From positions 30,122-94,121 of IMG/VR virus record IMGVR_UViG_3300021255_002723: a stretch of DNA of 64,000 bases; one strand, written 5' to 3'. This DNA comes from a virus. Lineage: Duplodnaviria; Caudoviricetes. Positions 31,432-42,188 of the stretch are shown here, in pieces. The number at the start of each line of letters is the position of its first letter. Positions within the stretch are counted from its first letter, which is position 1. Below the pieces are notes generated by a model. The model had not been told where the DNA came from. It worked only from the letters and a program-made list of their open reading frames with translations, and ran no database searches. The translations under genes were made by a program, and so were the position numbers.

Positions 31432-31921
31432 CTTCAATGAAATTTTTACCTTCAGTATATAACTGCTTTCCAACAGCTTCCAATGCGGAGCAAATCGTAT
31501 TAAATGCAGCCTCTGTTATTTTTACATCCTTTTCACAAATCACCTTATCTTTATTGTCTTTCATTGTGAATTTACCATCATCGTAATATACGAATATGCC
31601 ATCTTCCATTCGGAATGTCAATTCACCATCTAGAGTTGCAAGGTCAGCGTTTTCTAGCTTCTCATACTCATATCCTTTCGGCTTAATGAATTCATTAAGT
31701 GCCTTTCCTTGAGACGATGCATCGCGGAAAAGCAAATAATCTTGTGAATTTACATTTTTATATTCATATTGAGTGCCATTATTGAATACTACTTTAAGTG
31801 TTTTAAGCCTATTATCATAATCCAAACACTCTGAATACTTTATATTAGATGACTTATACCACGTTCTATCTACATCAATGCCATCTTTATTTTTTGCATA
31901 CAAGTTAAATATCTTGCTCAT
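31400..31921 (-). CDS. KTSC-domain protein
   Basis: SSNIK...L.V.FNNG..YEY..V...A.SQGK..N.FIK. Confidence 0.8.
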   Translation of the reverse strand: MSKIFNLYAKNKDGIDVDRTWYKSSNIKYSECLDYDNRLKTLKVVFNNGTQYEYKNVNSQDYLLFRDASSQGKALNEFIKPKGYEYEKLENADLATLDGELTFRMEDGIFVYYDDGKFTMKDNKDKVICEKDVKITEAAFNTICSALEAVGKQLYTEGKNFIEDGENGEDKPF

Positions 31922-31976
31922 TGTTTATTATTTTTAAAAGTTTATTTTTATCGGTGATTACAAGTTATGTATCCCC

Positions 31977-32138
31977 TCATTTTTTTTCTAATTTTACTGC
32001 TTTACCATACAGTTCTTTTAATTTTTTTTCTACTTCATCAGGAATATCTCTATAGTCATCACAACCATTACCAGGGCCACCAAATACCTCGTGCCTATAA
32101 TTGTAATATTCTTCCCATGCTTTTTCTTTTTTACTCAT
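31977..32138 (-). CDS. Small hypothetical protein (53 aa)
   Basis: Manual translation MSKKEKAWEEYY...; overlaps the ligase stop codon. Confidence 0.5.
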   Translation of the reverse strand: MSKKEKAWEEYYNYRHEVFGGPGNGCDDYRDIPDEVEKKLKELYGKAVKLEKK

Positions 32139-33240
32139 AACTCTGCCTGTCTATAGCTTTTACAACTGGAAATCTAAGTAAACCGTCATTTGTTATACCG
32201 AAATAGCAAACTGTTGCCATTTTACCTATGTATTTTTCCTTATTTTCTAATATTTCTTTACATTTATCGTCTGGAAATGCCAATGTAGCATTGCAAACAG
32301 CACCATTTTTAAGTTTAACGGTTACACTCTCAGCTACCGTTTGATTTTTTCCTATGTTCACATCAAGAATTTCAAACTCTTCGTCAACAAATTCCTTGTA
32401 TTTCAACAAATTGTTGCTCCTTTTATGCTCGTAAGGTGCATCTGTCCTAATTATAGCACCCTCATACCCATCTGAAACGAATTTCCTGAAATATTCATCC
32501 ACTTCATCGGAGCTTCCTATTTTAAATGTAGGAACAATTACAACATTTTCAAGATTAAACAAGAATTGATTTATAATTGAATTTCTGTCTGTGAATGACA
32601 TGTTTGGATTGTCATCTACCCAGAGGTCATAAACGTAATACTTGACAGTTGACTCAATTTCTTGTCTGTCTTTATCTGTTATCTTCTGTTTCTTTACCAA
32701 AGAAACGATTTTGTTGAAATTGTCATGCAGTTTATGGTTATACAATTCCCCATCTAAGTGTATTAGCGGATGCTCCTTGAAAAATTCTTCCAACTCAACT
32801 TCAATGTGCTTGGTTGAATTGAATGGCTTGTTCCTGCGACTGATGGCTTGTATCTTACCATCCTTCAATGACATATTACACCTTATACCATCTAGTTTCG
32901 GTTGTATATATTTCATATTGTCAGCATACAACTTATTATATATCTTAGCTAGCATTGGAGGTTGGAATTCAACGTTATTTACAGTTTCTATGTCAGTAAC
33001 AAAATTCTCCATAGATTGTTTTTTCTTCCATATTGCAGTTGCTTCCAACATGGCTTGTTCATCATCAGATGTCTCATTTGAACGCCCCTTGTTCTTTCCA
33101 ACGCAATATGTTTTTTCAGACTGTTGTATTGCTCCATTTACTTTTCCAAACTCAGTCCAATAACAGTTTCCTTCAATGAAAATTGTCCATTTGTTGATGG
33201 TTTGATTTACAGTTAATTTGTATAATGTTGGTAAATTCAT
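32131..33240 (-). CDS. ATP-dependent DNA ligase
   Basis: QPKLDGIR, LDGELY, YEGAIIR, KYK and LRFP motifs. Confidence 0.93.
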   Translation of the reverse strand: MNLPTLYKLTVNQTINKWTIFIEGNCYWTEFGKVNGAIQQSEKTYCVGKNKGRSNETSDDEQAMLEATAIWKKKQSMENFVTDIETVNNVEFQPPMLAKIYNKLYADNMKYIQPKLDGIRCNMSLKDGKIQAISRRNKPFNSTKHIEVELEEFFKEHPLIHLDGELYNHKLHDNFNKIVSLVKKQKITDKDRQEIESTVKYYVYDLWVDDNPNMSFTDRNSIINQFLFNLENVVIVPTFKIGSSDEVDEYFRKFVSDGYEGAIIRTDAPYEHKRSNNLLKYKEFVDEEFEILDVNIGKNQTVAESVTVKLKNGAVCNATLAFPDDKCKEILENKEKYIGKMATVCYFGITNDGLLRFPVVKAIDRQSYE

Positions 33241-33354
33241 TTTATTTTTGGCAAAGATATATAAAAAAATGTTAAAAACAAAATTTATTATGAACAATTT
33301 TACTTGATTTTTGCCTGACAATGATTATATTTTAAATGTAAAATTGAAAAAATT

Positions 33355-35871
33355 ATGAGTAAATTTAAAGAAAGTGATTATACATTGGAGTTTAACGAAG
33401 TCATGGAATACATGACAGACACGCTTTTCAATGAGTTTCCAACAGATATTCTCACATTGGAATATCTGATTTTGGCAATATTGGACAACAGAAGCTGTCA
33501 CGCAAACATGATTCTTGACAACTGCTTGATGTCGAACAACATAGAAGAACTTAGGAAAATATACTGTTCTGTGCTGGAAAAGCATGTAAAGCCGCAGCTC
33601 AAGACAAATAAGGTGATATTCAGTGAAGATTTGATTAAGGCTTTAGATTGTTCTAAAACTGAAGCAGATAAGTTATCAAATAAGCCAATAGGAACTGAAC
33701 ACATATTGTTGGCAATATTAAACAAAGAAAATAAGTTCAAAGAATTCGAAATATTTGAGAAATTTCGCCTTGAGTATGATTTCATTTTTGGTAAATGCTC
33801 AATGTCCAAACAAACTGAAAACATTGAAACAAAGGAAAAAGCAAGTCCAAAGCTAAAGACCAAAAGAATAAGCAAAACAAATCAAAATAACGAAATACCA
33901 TTGAAAAGTCAAGTTAATACCAAAACAATATCTACCTCAGAATCAAGTAATTTCATCGGACAATACACAACAAGCCTAAACAAGCTTGCTAGAGAAGGTA
34001 AAATCGATGAGATTGTGGGTAGGAAACAAGAGATTGAAGAAATTATCAAAGTCCTTGCTAGAAGAAAGAAAAACAATGCCGTCCTAGTTGGAGAGGGCGG
34101 ATGTGGAAAAACTGCAATCGTATATGGAATCGCAAATATGATTGAAGAGAACAAAGTTCCTGAAGTATTGGAAGGAAAGGAAATAATAATGCTGAATCCT
34201 ATGGCACTTGTCAGCGGAACTCACTTCAGGGGAATGTTTGAGGAAAGAATCAACGGACTTTTCAATGAAATTAAAAAGACTGACAAATACATTCTTTTCA
34301 TAGATGACATTCACACGGTGCTAAAAAGTGGCAGCAAAGAAAAAGATGCAGACATTAGCGGAATGATTGGAGAAGCACTTTCTGAGGGTAGCATCAAAAT
34401 TATAGGTACTACCACTTTCAAAGAATATAGGAATTCAATTGAAAGCAACTCTTCAATTTCTAGAAAGCTTCAAAAGATAGTGATTGAACCAGCTTCAATA
34501 GAAGAGGCAGTTAAGATTCTAACGAACAACAAGAGATATTATGAAGACTATCACAGTGTGGTCTATACTCAGAAATCGATTCTAAAGGCTGTTGAATTGG
34601 CTGACAGATACATTACGGATAGAACACTACCAGACTCAGCATTTGACATTATTGACCTTGCAGGTGCAAACACGTCATTAATTGACAGAGAACCAATGCA
34701 AGTTCAAAACATGAAAAAAAGACTTAGGGAAATAGAAATAGAAAAAGCAAATGCCCTAAACAATGGTGACTTTGAAAAAATAGATTCATTGGATGCTGAA
34801 AGCAACGTTCTCTCTGCTGACCTTGTTGATTACAAGAGAAACAGTAAGAAAACTCCGTTTAAGGCAATAACAATCACTGAAACAGAAATTTCAAATGTTG
34901 TATCTGAAATCACAAAGATACCTGTAAGCAAGCTTTCATCAAGTGAAAAAAATAAAATCGCACACATTGACGAAATATTAAAGAAAAGTATCGTAGGACA
35001 AGATGAAGCAATTGATAGCGTGTGTAGGGTTATTAAGCGCAATAAGGTTGGACTTGGTGATAAGACAAAGACAATGGCAAATATCCTAATGGTAGGCCCA
35101 ACAGGTAGTGGTAAAACCCTAATCGCAAAAAAACTTGCAGAAGAGATTTTTGGTGATGAAAAGGCACTTATCAGAATCGACATGTCTGAATACTCTGAAA
35201 AGAACTCTGTTTCAAAGCTAACAGGTGCAGCACCAGGATATATTGGCTATGAGAATGGTGGACAACTCACAGAAGCCGTCAAGCACAAGCAGCATTGCGT
35301 TCTTCTACTCGATGAGATTGAAAAGGCTGACCAAGAGGTTTATAACGTGTTCCTACAGTTGTTTGATGAAGGTAGACTTACAGATAGTGCAGGACAGATT
35401 GTAAACTTCAAGAATGTGATTGTTCTTATGACATCAAACATTGGCGCTAGAAAGGCAGCAGAACTTGGAAATGGACTAGGTTTCGTAAGCAATGAGGAAA
35501 CAAATAAGAAATCCATAATAGACAAAGAGTTGAAAAAGAAATTTACACCAGAGTTTATCAACAGAATAGACCAAATAGTATATTTTAATTCATTAACAGA
35601 TGATAATTTAAAGAATATAGTTAAATTAGAAATTAATAAATTTAATAATAGACTTAATAATATAGAATATAAAATAGAATATACTGATGATGTAGTAGAA
35701 TATATACACGCTAAGGCAATTAAGAACAAGGAAATGGGAGCAAGACCAATTATCAGACTTATCCAAACTGACATAGAAGACAAGATTACGGAACTTATGT
35801 TGGAAAACGAATATCATCCAAATTATGTATTCCATGCTTCATGCAGTAATAACGAAATTGTAATACAATAA
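33355..35871 (+). CDS. clpC: Clp ATPase (ClpC/ClpB family)
   Basis: Clp N domain; two Walker A motifs (GEGGCGKT, GPTGSGKT); RIDMSEY and GARPI. Confidence 0.9.
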   Translation: MSKFKESDYTLEFNEVMEYMTDTLFNEFPTDILTLEYLILAILDNRSCHANMILDNCLMSNNIEELRKIYCSVLEKHVKPQLKTNKVIFSEDLIKALDCSKTEADKLSNKPIGTEHILLAILNKENKFKEFEIFEKFRLEYDFIFGKCSMSKQTENIETKEKASPKLKTKRISKTNQNNEIPLKSQVNTKTISTSESSNFIGQYTTSLNKLAREGKIDEIVGRKQEIEEIIKVLARRKKNNAVLVGEGGCGKTAIVYGIANMIEENKVPEVLEGKEIIMLNPMALVSGTHFRGMFEERINGLFNEIKKTDKYILFIDDIHTVLKSGSKEKDADISGMIGEALSEGSIKIIGTTTFKEYRNSIESNSSISRKLQKIVIEPASIEEAVKILTNNKRYYEDYHSVVYTQKSILKAVELADRYITDRTLPDSAFDIIDLAGANTSLIDREPMQVQNMKKRLREIEIEKANALNNGDFEKIDSLDAESNVLSADLVDYKRNSKKTPFKAITITETEISNVVSEITKIPVSKLSSSEKNKIAHIDEILKKSIVGQDEAIDSVCRVIKRNKVGLGDKTKTMANILMVGPTGSGKTLIAKKLAEEIFGDEKALIRIDMSEYSEKNSVSKLTGAAPGYIGYENGGQLTEAVKHKQHCVLLLDEIEKADQEVYNVFLQLFDEGRLTDSAGQIVNFKNVIVLMTSNIGARKAAELGNGLGFVSNEETNKKSIIDKELKKKFTPEFINRIDQIVYFNSLTDDNLKNIVKLEINKFNNRLNNIEYKIEYTDDVVEYIHAKAIKNKEMGARPIIRLIQTDIEDKITELMLENEYHPNYVFHASCSNNEIVIQ

Positions 35872-36031
35872 CTCTCATAATTTTTAATATTTTATAGTTA
35901 AACTGAAGGGGGAAGCGATTTATCTAAACAATAACTTCCCCTAATTTTTTTGGAAAATAAGCAAAAATATGTTAAAATCTTTTGTTAATTCAATTTTTTT
36001 TCATATATTTGCACTTATAAATCTATAAAAT

Positions 36032-36604
36032 ATGGGAATAGATTTATGCAACAAGCTCATAGACAACGAATTAACACGTGAAGAGCTATTGAATCGCGTA
36101 GAGATACGCAAAACATCTGAGGATGACTTAATGCAGATTTGTGAGACTTTAGCGAAAGCCTTTAATCTAAATTCGTGCCTTGAAGCCCTCTGGCAACTAG
36201 AGAATTCTAAAGTACAATTAGGCGAATCTGTGAAATTGGTAGACAAGGAGACTAACGAAATATATGGTCTTCTAATCTTCTGTGAATATCCAATAGCTTT
36301 TGGTTCGCCAATACGTTTTTTTGCGGATAATTTGTCTGAATATCTGAATGAATTTAAACAAATAAACGGCCATTCATTTATAATAGATGAACGTCTCAGA
36401 AACAGTGGGCTAGACAAGAAAATGCTGCATTTTAATATGGATTTCCTAGCAGAAAACTATGATTTCATTTGGTGCGGTGTTGAAATTGGGCTGAAAAGCC
36501 ACAGATATTGGGAAAGACTAGGGTTTACGGAAGTGTTTAGAATACCAGAGGCAGTATTTTATCTTATGCCGTTGAGCAAAAAGATGATAAGCGAATATTT
36601 ATAA
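36032..36604 (+). CDS. GNAT acetyltransferase-like protein
   Basis: IIDERLRNSGL and YWERLGF motifs. Confidence 0.7.
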   Translation: MGIDLCNKLIDNELTREELLNRVEIRKTSEDDLMQICETLAKAFNLNSCLEALWQLENSKVQLGESVKLVDKETNEIYGLLIFCEYPIAFGSPIRFFADNLSEYLNEFKQINGHSFIIDERLRNSGLDKKMLHFNMDFLAENYDFIWCGVEIGLKSHRYWERLGFTEVFRIPEAVFYLMPLSKKMISEYL

Positions 36605-36620
36605 TAAATGTACATTTTTT

Positions 36621-36974
36621 ATGAAAAGAATCATAATATCTGAAAACGGATTAAATAAGATAAACAGTATCATATCTGAAGACTCAAAATATGATGCCTA
36701 CATAGCTGACGGTAAAAAATACCTTGATGCCAATTATCATACGTCAATGTTTGATAACAATGGAGATTATGTCACAACGTATGTTAAAATGAGCAATGGA
36801 ATGCCTACTAGCAAAGTGGTGTGGAGGCAAGATGTATTAGACGCTTTAGATAAACATTTTTTTAAAATAATAAAAGATGAAAAGGAAAGAAAGGGCTTTA
36901 TAAACCAATTGCTATCAGATTGGGAAACCAACGGTTTTAGCAAATATGGTAGCCTAAGTAACTATAATTGGTAA
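36621..36974 (+). CDS. Leader-bearing late protein
   Basis: MKRIIISENGLNKINSIISE; ATATTTATA at 36595. Confidence 0.65.
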   Translation: MKRIIISENGLNKINSIISEDSKYDAYIADGKKYLDANYHTSMFDNNGDYVTTYVKMSNGMPTSKVVWRQDVLDALDKHFFKIIKDEKERKGFINQLLSDWETNGFSKYGSLSNYNW

Positions 36975-37073
36975 AAATAAATAAGAGGAGTAGTGTGACG
37001 TAACTCACTCTCACATATCGTCACCAATCGGATTCATAGCAGACTATGGTCTGAGCCTCACGTAAAATTTAAA

Positions 37074-37718
37074 ATGATGAGAAAAAAAGAACAATTAATT
37101 CTAATGTACATCGTAGTGTGTACATGGTTAAGCACTCTTCTTGCTTTGTCAATGCCTAGGATAGTACCTACATATGACATAAATGAAGACAAAACAACCG
37201 TCCTTATTGATTCAATTGAAACGACCCCATCGGTCAATCCAAAGGACAGCATTAAGGACAAACTGATTGAAGAAGTGGAAAACTATATTTATGGTAGATT
37301 CCCAGAAGCACACAAAACAATTCCGACATCTATTGTAGAGAACGGACTAGAGAGTGGGATAGACATTGTGTTTATGATGGCACAAACCCAAATTGAGACA
37401 AGTTTCGGTACTGCTGGAGCAGGACGTGAAACATCTAGACGTTCATTATTCGGAGTGGCAATTAAAAAGTATGCGTCATATGACTTGGCCATCAAAGACT
37501 ACATTGGCATTCTGAAAAAGTGGTATCTGACTAGGGGAAGAACTGAACAGCACCTAATGAATAAGTATACGACAAGCGGAGGCGGCAGATATGCGGAGAA
37601 TCCAAGATATGAAGTAGAACTAAGAGGTGCATACACTGATATTAAAAGACAAACCAATATTAGCAGTCTTCAAACTGAGTACAGAGAGTTATATAAAAAA
37701 GAAGAGAGTGAAACTTAA
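37074..37718 (+). CDS. Membrane-anchored glucosaminidase/lysozyme-like cell-wall hydrolase
   Basis: N-terminal hydrophobic segment; AQTQIETSFG, SLFGV and RYAENPRY. Confidence 0.7.
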   Translation: MMRKKEQLILMYIVVCTWLSTLLALSMPRIVPTYDINEDKTTVLIDSIETTPSVNPKDSIKDKLIEEVENYIYGRFPEAHKTIPTSIVENGLESGIDIVFMMAQTQIETSFGTAGAGRETSRRSLFGVAIKKYASYDLAIKDYIGILKKWYLTRGRTEQHLMNKYTTSGGGRYAENPRYEVELRGAYTDIKRQTNISSLQTEYRELYKKEESET

Positions 37719-37798
37719 AACGTTATGAAATATTAAAAATGGGGGCAAATAACCTCCATTTTTTGTTTTTTATAAAAATAATGTATATATTTGCGCAT

Positions 37799-38122
37799 AT
37801 GAAACAGCTAAAGATACCATTCGAGTTTATAGATGATTTCAAAAAAATCAAGCTATATAGGGCAGAAGATTGGGTTTTAGTAAACAGTAAAGAAAATGAC
37901 CCAATAGCATCACGAAACACTAAAACTACCCATATATTTGTCATTAACCTTAATGATGGCAGAATACATAATAGCTTAACTGTTCAAGCTAGAGTCTTAG
38001 ACTCGGATATTACAAAAGCAAAAAGATTGACAATGAAAGATTACATTGAACTAGGTAATGCGTTGAGATTTAAGAGGTTAGCCCTAAATAAGAAAAAAAT
38101 AGAAATTTCCTCATTTAAGTAG
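37799..38122 (+). CDS. Hypothetical protein
   Basis: ORF after a TATATTTGC box. Confidence 0.55.
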   Translation: MKQLKIPFEFIDDFKKIKLYRAEDWVLVNSKENDPIASRNTKTTHIFVINLNDGRIHNSLTVQARVLDSDITKAKRLTMKDYIELGNALRFKRLALNKKKIEISSFK

Positions 38123-38223
38123 GGAATTTACTATTTATTGGTAGGAAATCCCTATTTCAACGGTTTTGGGTTGTATTTTACAAAAAAAACCAATATCTTT
38201 GCAATAGTTATTTAAAAACACAA

Positions 38224-38784
38224 ATGCGTATGAAAAAGATTATTGGAATTTTGGTGTCATTGATGCTATGTTTCACATTGACATCTTGTGTAACAACTGC
38301 CACAGCGCAGATTGATGATATGTATGATGACGTTGACATCAGCGTTGTTGTAACATATGGAACTCCTTTCTACAACACTGAGGGCTTGATTATCTATTAT
38401 CTGTATCGTGATATGTTCTATTATCCTTATTTCTATCATAACAGATACTATTTGCACAGATACCATAGACCATTGCCTCCAGAGAGGTTGAGAATGTACA
38501 GACCAGTACCTAGAGATTTCTACAGACCTAATCCTCCTAGAGGGCACAGACCTCACGTAAGACCAAACAACCCTACACATAGAGGAGACATGAGGCCAAA
38601 TAACCCACATAGAAGGTATGGTGATGTTAGACCTACACACCCAAGCACTAGACCTAATATTAATAGAGGTATAGGCTCAAGACCAATGACACCTAATATT
38701 AATAGAGGTGGTGGAAATGTAAGACCAACAACTCCAAGGACAACAAATAGTCATGGTGGTTTTGGTGGAGCTAGAAGAAGATAA
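38224..38784 (+). CDS. Lipoprotein with Pro/Arg-rich tail
   Basis: Signal peptide with lipobox LTSC; RP repeats. Confidence 0.7.
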   Translation: MRMKKIIGILVSLMLCFTLTSCVTTATAQIDDMYDDVDISVVVTYGTPFYNTEGLIIYYLYRDMFYYPYFYHNRYYLHRYHRPLPPERLRMYRPVPRDFYRPNPPRGHRPHVRPNNPTHRGDMRPNNPHRRYGDVRPTHPSTRPNINRGIGSRPMTPNINRGGGNVRPTTPRTTNSHGGFGGARRR

Positions 38785-38896
38785 ATTAACATTTATTAAA
38801 AAAAATTGCTGAAAAATTTGGAATTATCAGAAAAAACATATATCTTTGCATTGTTAAACAAAAAAAGATATTAACGTTACAAATTCAATTTAAATT

Positions 38897-39394
38897 ATGG
38901 AAGCAAAAATTTTTGTTATCGCATTCCCAACTATGGAAACAGTTGCGGAAAAAATCGGTTCTCTCCTTGAAGAGACTTTCAAGCCAAAGAGAACAAAGTG
39001 TTGTGATTCACCTAAGAGGGTGAATAAGGACTTGACACCTCCTAAGTTTAGGGTGAACAAGCCTTGTGGTGATGTACAGCCTTGGGGCGTATGCGGAACT
39101 CCAGCCGATGAAAACTTGAGATTTGGCGCTGAATTTGCTGTGGACGAGCCACGTTGTGAGAACTATAACAAGCGTTGGCAGTTTGAAAGCGACCATGCTG
39201 CATTTGACCGCTTCGTAGAAGCAGGTGAAGATTGTGTTGCTCGTGGTTTAGCTAGACCAGAGGGTGTTACGGTACACAGATGCAATGCAATTCGCAAGCC
39301 ACTTGGTTGTCCGCCTCCTATGAGGGATGAATTACCTTCAGAATTAATTGGAGAAACCCACTGGTGGGAAACCTTTGAAGATTTTGATTTTTAA
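38897..39394 (+). CDS. Hypothetical protein
   Basis: Own promoter at 38841 and terminator at about 39402-39437. Confidence 0.65.
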   Translation: MEAKIFVIAFPTMETVAEKIGSLLEETFKPKRTKCCDSPKRVNKDLTPPKFRVNKPCGDVQPWGVCGTPADENLRFGAEFAVDEPRCENYNKRWQFESDHAAFDRFVEAGEDCVARGLARPEGVTVHRCNAIRKPLGCPPPMRDELPSELIGETHWWETFEDFDF

Positions 39395-39456
39395 CCTAAT
39401 TTAACGTGGAGGATTTTGAATCTTCCACGTTTTTTTATATCTTTGCATAAAAAAGT

Positions 39457-39792
39457 ATGAAAGGTACATCATTAGAATTACAAATCAATAGCATTCAAAA
39501 AGAAATTGATGAAAAGCTTGAGCGTTTTCCAAAAAAAGACCGTGAAGAATTTGCAAGATATATTGGGCAATTTTACGTGAAAGAACTCCCCAATAAAGAT
39601 GCCTATATGGGAAGAAATACGTTTTGTGGGAGATTTGAAATGTATAAATTTGATGAAAAAAAATTTGAAATATGTAAAACCATACCATATAAAGAATTAA
39701 ACTGTAAAGAATGCAAATGTTGTGGAGTATGGGATATTGATGGACACTACAAAATACCATGTAGTAACATTGAAAAAATAAGTTATGAGTAA
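39457..39792 (+). CDS. Hypothetical Cys-containing protein
   Basis: ORF after promoter box at 39438. Confidence 0.6.
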   Translation: MKGTSLELQINSIQKEIDEKLERFPKKDREEFARYIGQFYVKELPNKDAYMGRNTFCGRFEMYKFDEKKFEICKTIPYKELNCKECKCCGVWDIDGHYKIPCSNIEKISYE

Positions 39793-40048
39793 AATTATAG
39801 GTAAATACGAGTTTACAGATGTAACAAAAGATTTTGAATCTGACTATAAGTACAGAATATTACATCTGACACCCACTATAACATATAGGCACAAATATTG
39901 GTATATGTGGGAGATAGAGCTTATATTTTGGAAATGGAACAAAAGATATGAAATCTGTAGGACAGATTGGCAAGACCACCCAGAGAGGGATGCAAAATTA
40001 TTTTTTAAAAGATTATTTAAACTATATAAAAAACAACATGGCAAATAA
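39785..40048 (+). CDS. Hypothetical protein
   Basis: Translationally coupled ORF. Confidence 0.55.
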   Translation: MSKIIGKYEFTDVTKDFESDYKYRILHLTPTITYRHKYWYMWEIELIFWKWNKRYEICRTDWQDHPERDAKLFFKRLFKLYKKQHGK

Positions 40049-40835
40049 AAAAGATGGACTTGGTGATAGAATAAAAGAAAACTATGAAAACAGAGCCAAG
40101 ACATATTTGTTGAGAAGAACTCCAGTAATCATAAGATTGGACGGATGTCACTTTCACACTTTTACAAGGGGTTTTGAAAAACCTTTTGATAAGAGACTTA
40201 TAGAAGCTATGCAAGAAACAACCTTGAAACTTTGTCAAAATATACAAGGTTGCGTGTTCGGTTATACACAATCAGATGAAATCACATTAGTTCTAGTTGA
40301 CTACCAAACATTAGAGACAGATGCATGGTTTGACTATAGCGTAGAAAAAATGTGCTCTGTTGCAGCATCTATGTGTACATTATATTTCAATAAGATTTTT
40401 TTTGAAAAAGTTAACGAATTCGCACTAGAACATTCTCTTGAAGAACCTTCAGAAGCATTTAACAAACTAATAGCAAAATATAACAGAGCTGTTGAAATCG
40501 GAGCAACATTCGATGCAAGATGCTTTAACGTGCCAATCTCAGAAGTAGTGAACGCTGTCTTATGGAGGCAACAAGATTGCACAAGAAATTCGATTTCATC
40601 ATTGGCACAAGCATATTTCCCACATAAAAAATTGGAAGGCAAAAACAATAGCCAAAAACAAGATATGCTGATGGAAACGCATGGCATTAATTGGAATAAC
40701 CTATCTACAGTTGAAAAACGTGGTACTGCAATTATTAAAAATAATGAAGGTAAATGGTTCATTGATAATGAAATGCCAATCTTAACTGGCGATGGCCGCG
40801 AATACATTGAATCTAGAATCACATTCGAAGATTAA
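40038..40835 (+). CDS. tRNA-His guanylyltransferase Thg1-like
   Basis: IIRLDGCHFHTFT, YTQSDEITL, FDAR and WRQQDCTRNS. Confidence 0.92.
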   Translation: MANKKDGLGDRIKENYENRAKTYLLRRTPVIIRLDGCHFHTFTRGFEKPFDKRLIEAMQETTLKLCQNIQGCVFGYTQSDEITLVLVDYQTLETDAWFDYSVEKMCSVAASMCTLYFNKIFFEKVNEFALEHSLEEPSEAFNKLIAKYNRAVEIGATFDARCFNVPISEVVNAVLWRQQDCTRNSISSLAQAYFPHKKLEGKNNSQKQDMLMETHGINWNNLSTVEKRGTAIIKNNEGKWFIDNEMPILTGDGREYIESRITFED

Positions 40836-40913
40836 ATAACGTTAAAAAGTTGGGCTGAAATTTTGACAACCCAACTTTTTTTCGTATATTTGCAAAAAAA
40901 AATCAAATTTATT

Positions 40914-42188
40914 ATGCTTAAAGATACATTTGAAACAATTACCAATGATGGAAGACTCCTTTTTGAATATGTAAGAGGAAGTCATCTATACGGACTTAAT
41001 AACGAGGATTCTGACGTAGACACAAGCGGTCTATACATTGCGCCAAAAGAAGCCCTCGTTGGTCTTGGCACGGACTATCAGCCTCAAGTGTCAGACGAAA
41101 GACATGATACAACTTGGTATGAAATAGGCAATTTCTGCAACCTACTGTTGAAGTCAAACCCAACAGTATTGGAGGCGTTGTTTGTTCCAGATTCTAAGAT
41201 TATCACGCCTCCTTCAAACGTAGTAATGCCACTGTTTGAGAATAAAGAGCAGTTTATTACCAAACAGTGCTTCAAGCCATTTGTATCTTATGCAATCGAA
41301 CAGATTCACAAGGCTAGGGGATTGAACAAGAAGATTGTGAATCCTGTTACGGAAAGATTAACTCCATTTGACTTCGCTTATACATTCTATAAGCAAGGTA
41401 GCACGAAAATCAAGAATTGGCTTGATAATCGTGGTCTTAACAAAGACTTCTGCGGACTTGTTCACATTCCAAATATGCACGATGTATATGGCGTATACTA
41501 CGATTGGGGTGCTCATTTCGCACACTATAAGATTTCATACAAAGAATTGGAAACTTGTATATTTGGTAGAAGCATAAAAGATATTATTCTAGGAAATAAA
41601 GTTTATTTTTTTAGTAACATTATAATAAAAAATGCTAAGTTTATTGCTGATTTCTATGAAATCAACAAAAGGTCTGAACTTGAAAAATGGTTTGATAAGA
41701 ATAAAGAAATCATCCATTATCGTGGAATGTGTCTTGACAACGCAACCGATATGAGAGGTTCTTCTGTGTCAAAGGGTGAGAAGCCACTTTGTTGGATGAC
41801 CTATAACGAAAGCGGATTCCAAGCCCATTGCAGAGTTTATAAGGAGTACCAAGAGTGGGTGAGGGAGCGTAACCCCAAACGTTACGAATCAAACCTTAAC
41901 AAGAACTATGACTCAAAAAACATGATGCATTGCGTAAGGCTTATGCACATGGGTCAAGAGATTGCAGAGGGTAAGGGTATCAACCTTGAAAGGACTTGGG
42001 ATAAGGAATTCCTTATGAATATCCGTAACCATAAGTTTGAGTATGATGAGCTTATGGCTAAGATAGACGAAGATAAAGTAAAGCTTGATGAGGCCATTAA
42101 AAACTCTACCATCAAAGAAACTATTGATGTTGACTTTGTAAACGATTTGCTAATTGAAATAAGAAAAAGAGCTTATGGGATGCTTTAA
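40914..42188 (+). CDS. Pol-beta-superfamily nucleotidyltransferase (RlaP/YcgL-like)
   Basis: RGSHLYGLN..DSDVD, KSNPTVLE and YDSKNMMHCVRL. Confidence 0.85.
   Translation: MLKDTFETITNDGRLLFEYVRGSHLYGLNNEDSDVDTSGLYIAPKEALVGLGTDYQPQVSDERHDTTWYEIGNFCNLLLKSNPTVLEALFVPDSKIITPPSNVVMPLFENKEQFITKQCFKPFVSYAIEQIHKARGLNKKIVNPVTERLTPFDFAYTFYKQGSTKIKNWLDNRGLNKDFCGLVHIPNMHDVYGVYYDWGAHFAHYKISYKELETCIFGRSIKDIILGNKVYFFSNIIIKNAKFIADFYEINKRSELEKWFDKNKEIIHYRGMCLDNATDMRGSSVSKGEKPLCWMTYNESGFQAHCRVYKEYQEWVRERNPKRYESNLNKNYDSKNMMHCVRLMHMGQEIAEGKGINLERTWDKEFLMNIRNHKFEYDELMAKIDEDKVKLDEAIKNSTIKETIDVDFVNDLLIEIRKRAYGML

Noticed and set aside
1409-35871. Numerous antisense ORFs in the supplied track (e.g. 13334-13858, 17249-17797, 32642-33163)
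   Set aside because: Shadow frames of well-supported genes on the opposite strand, with no recognisable motifs
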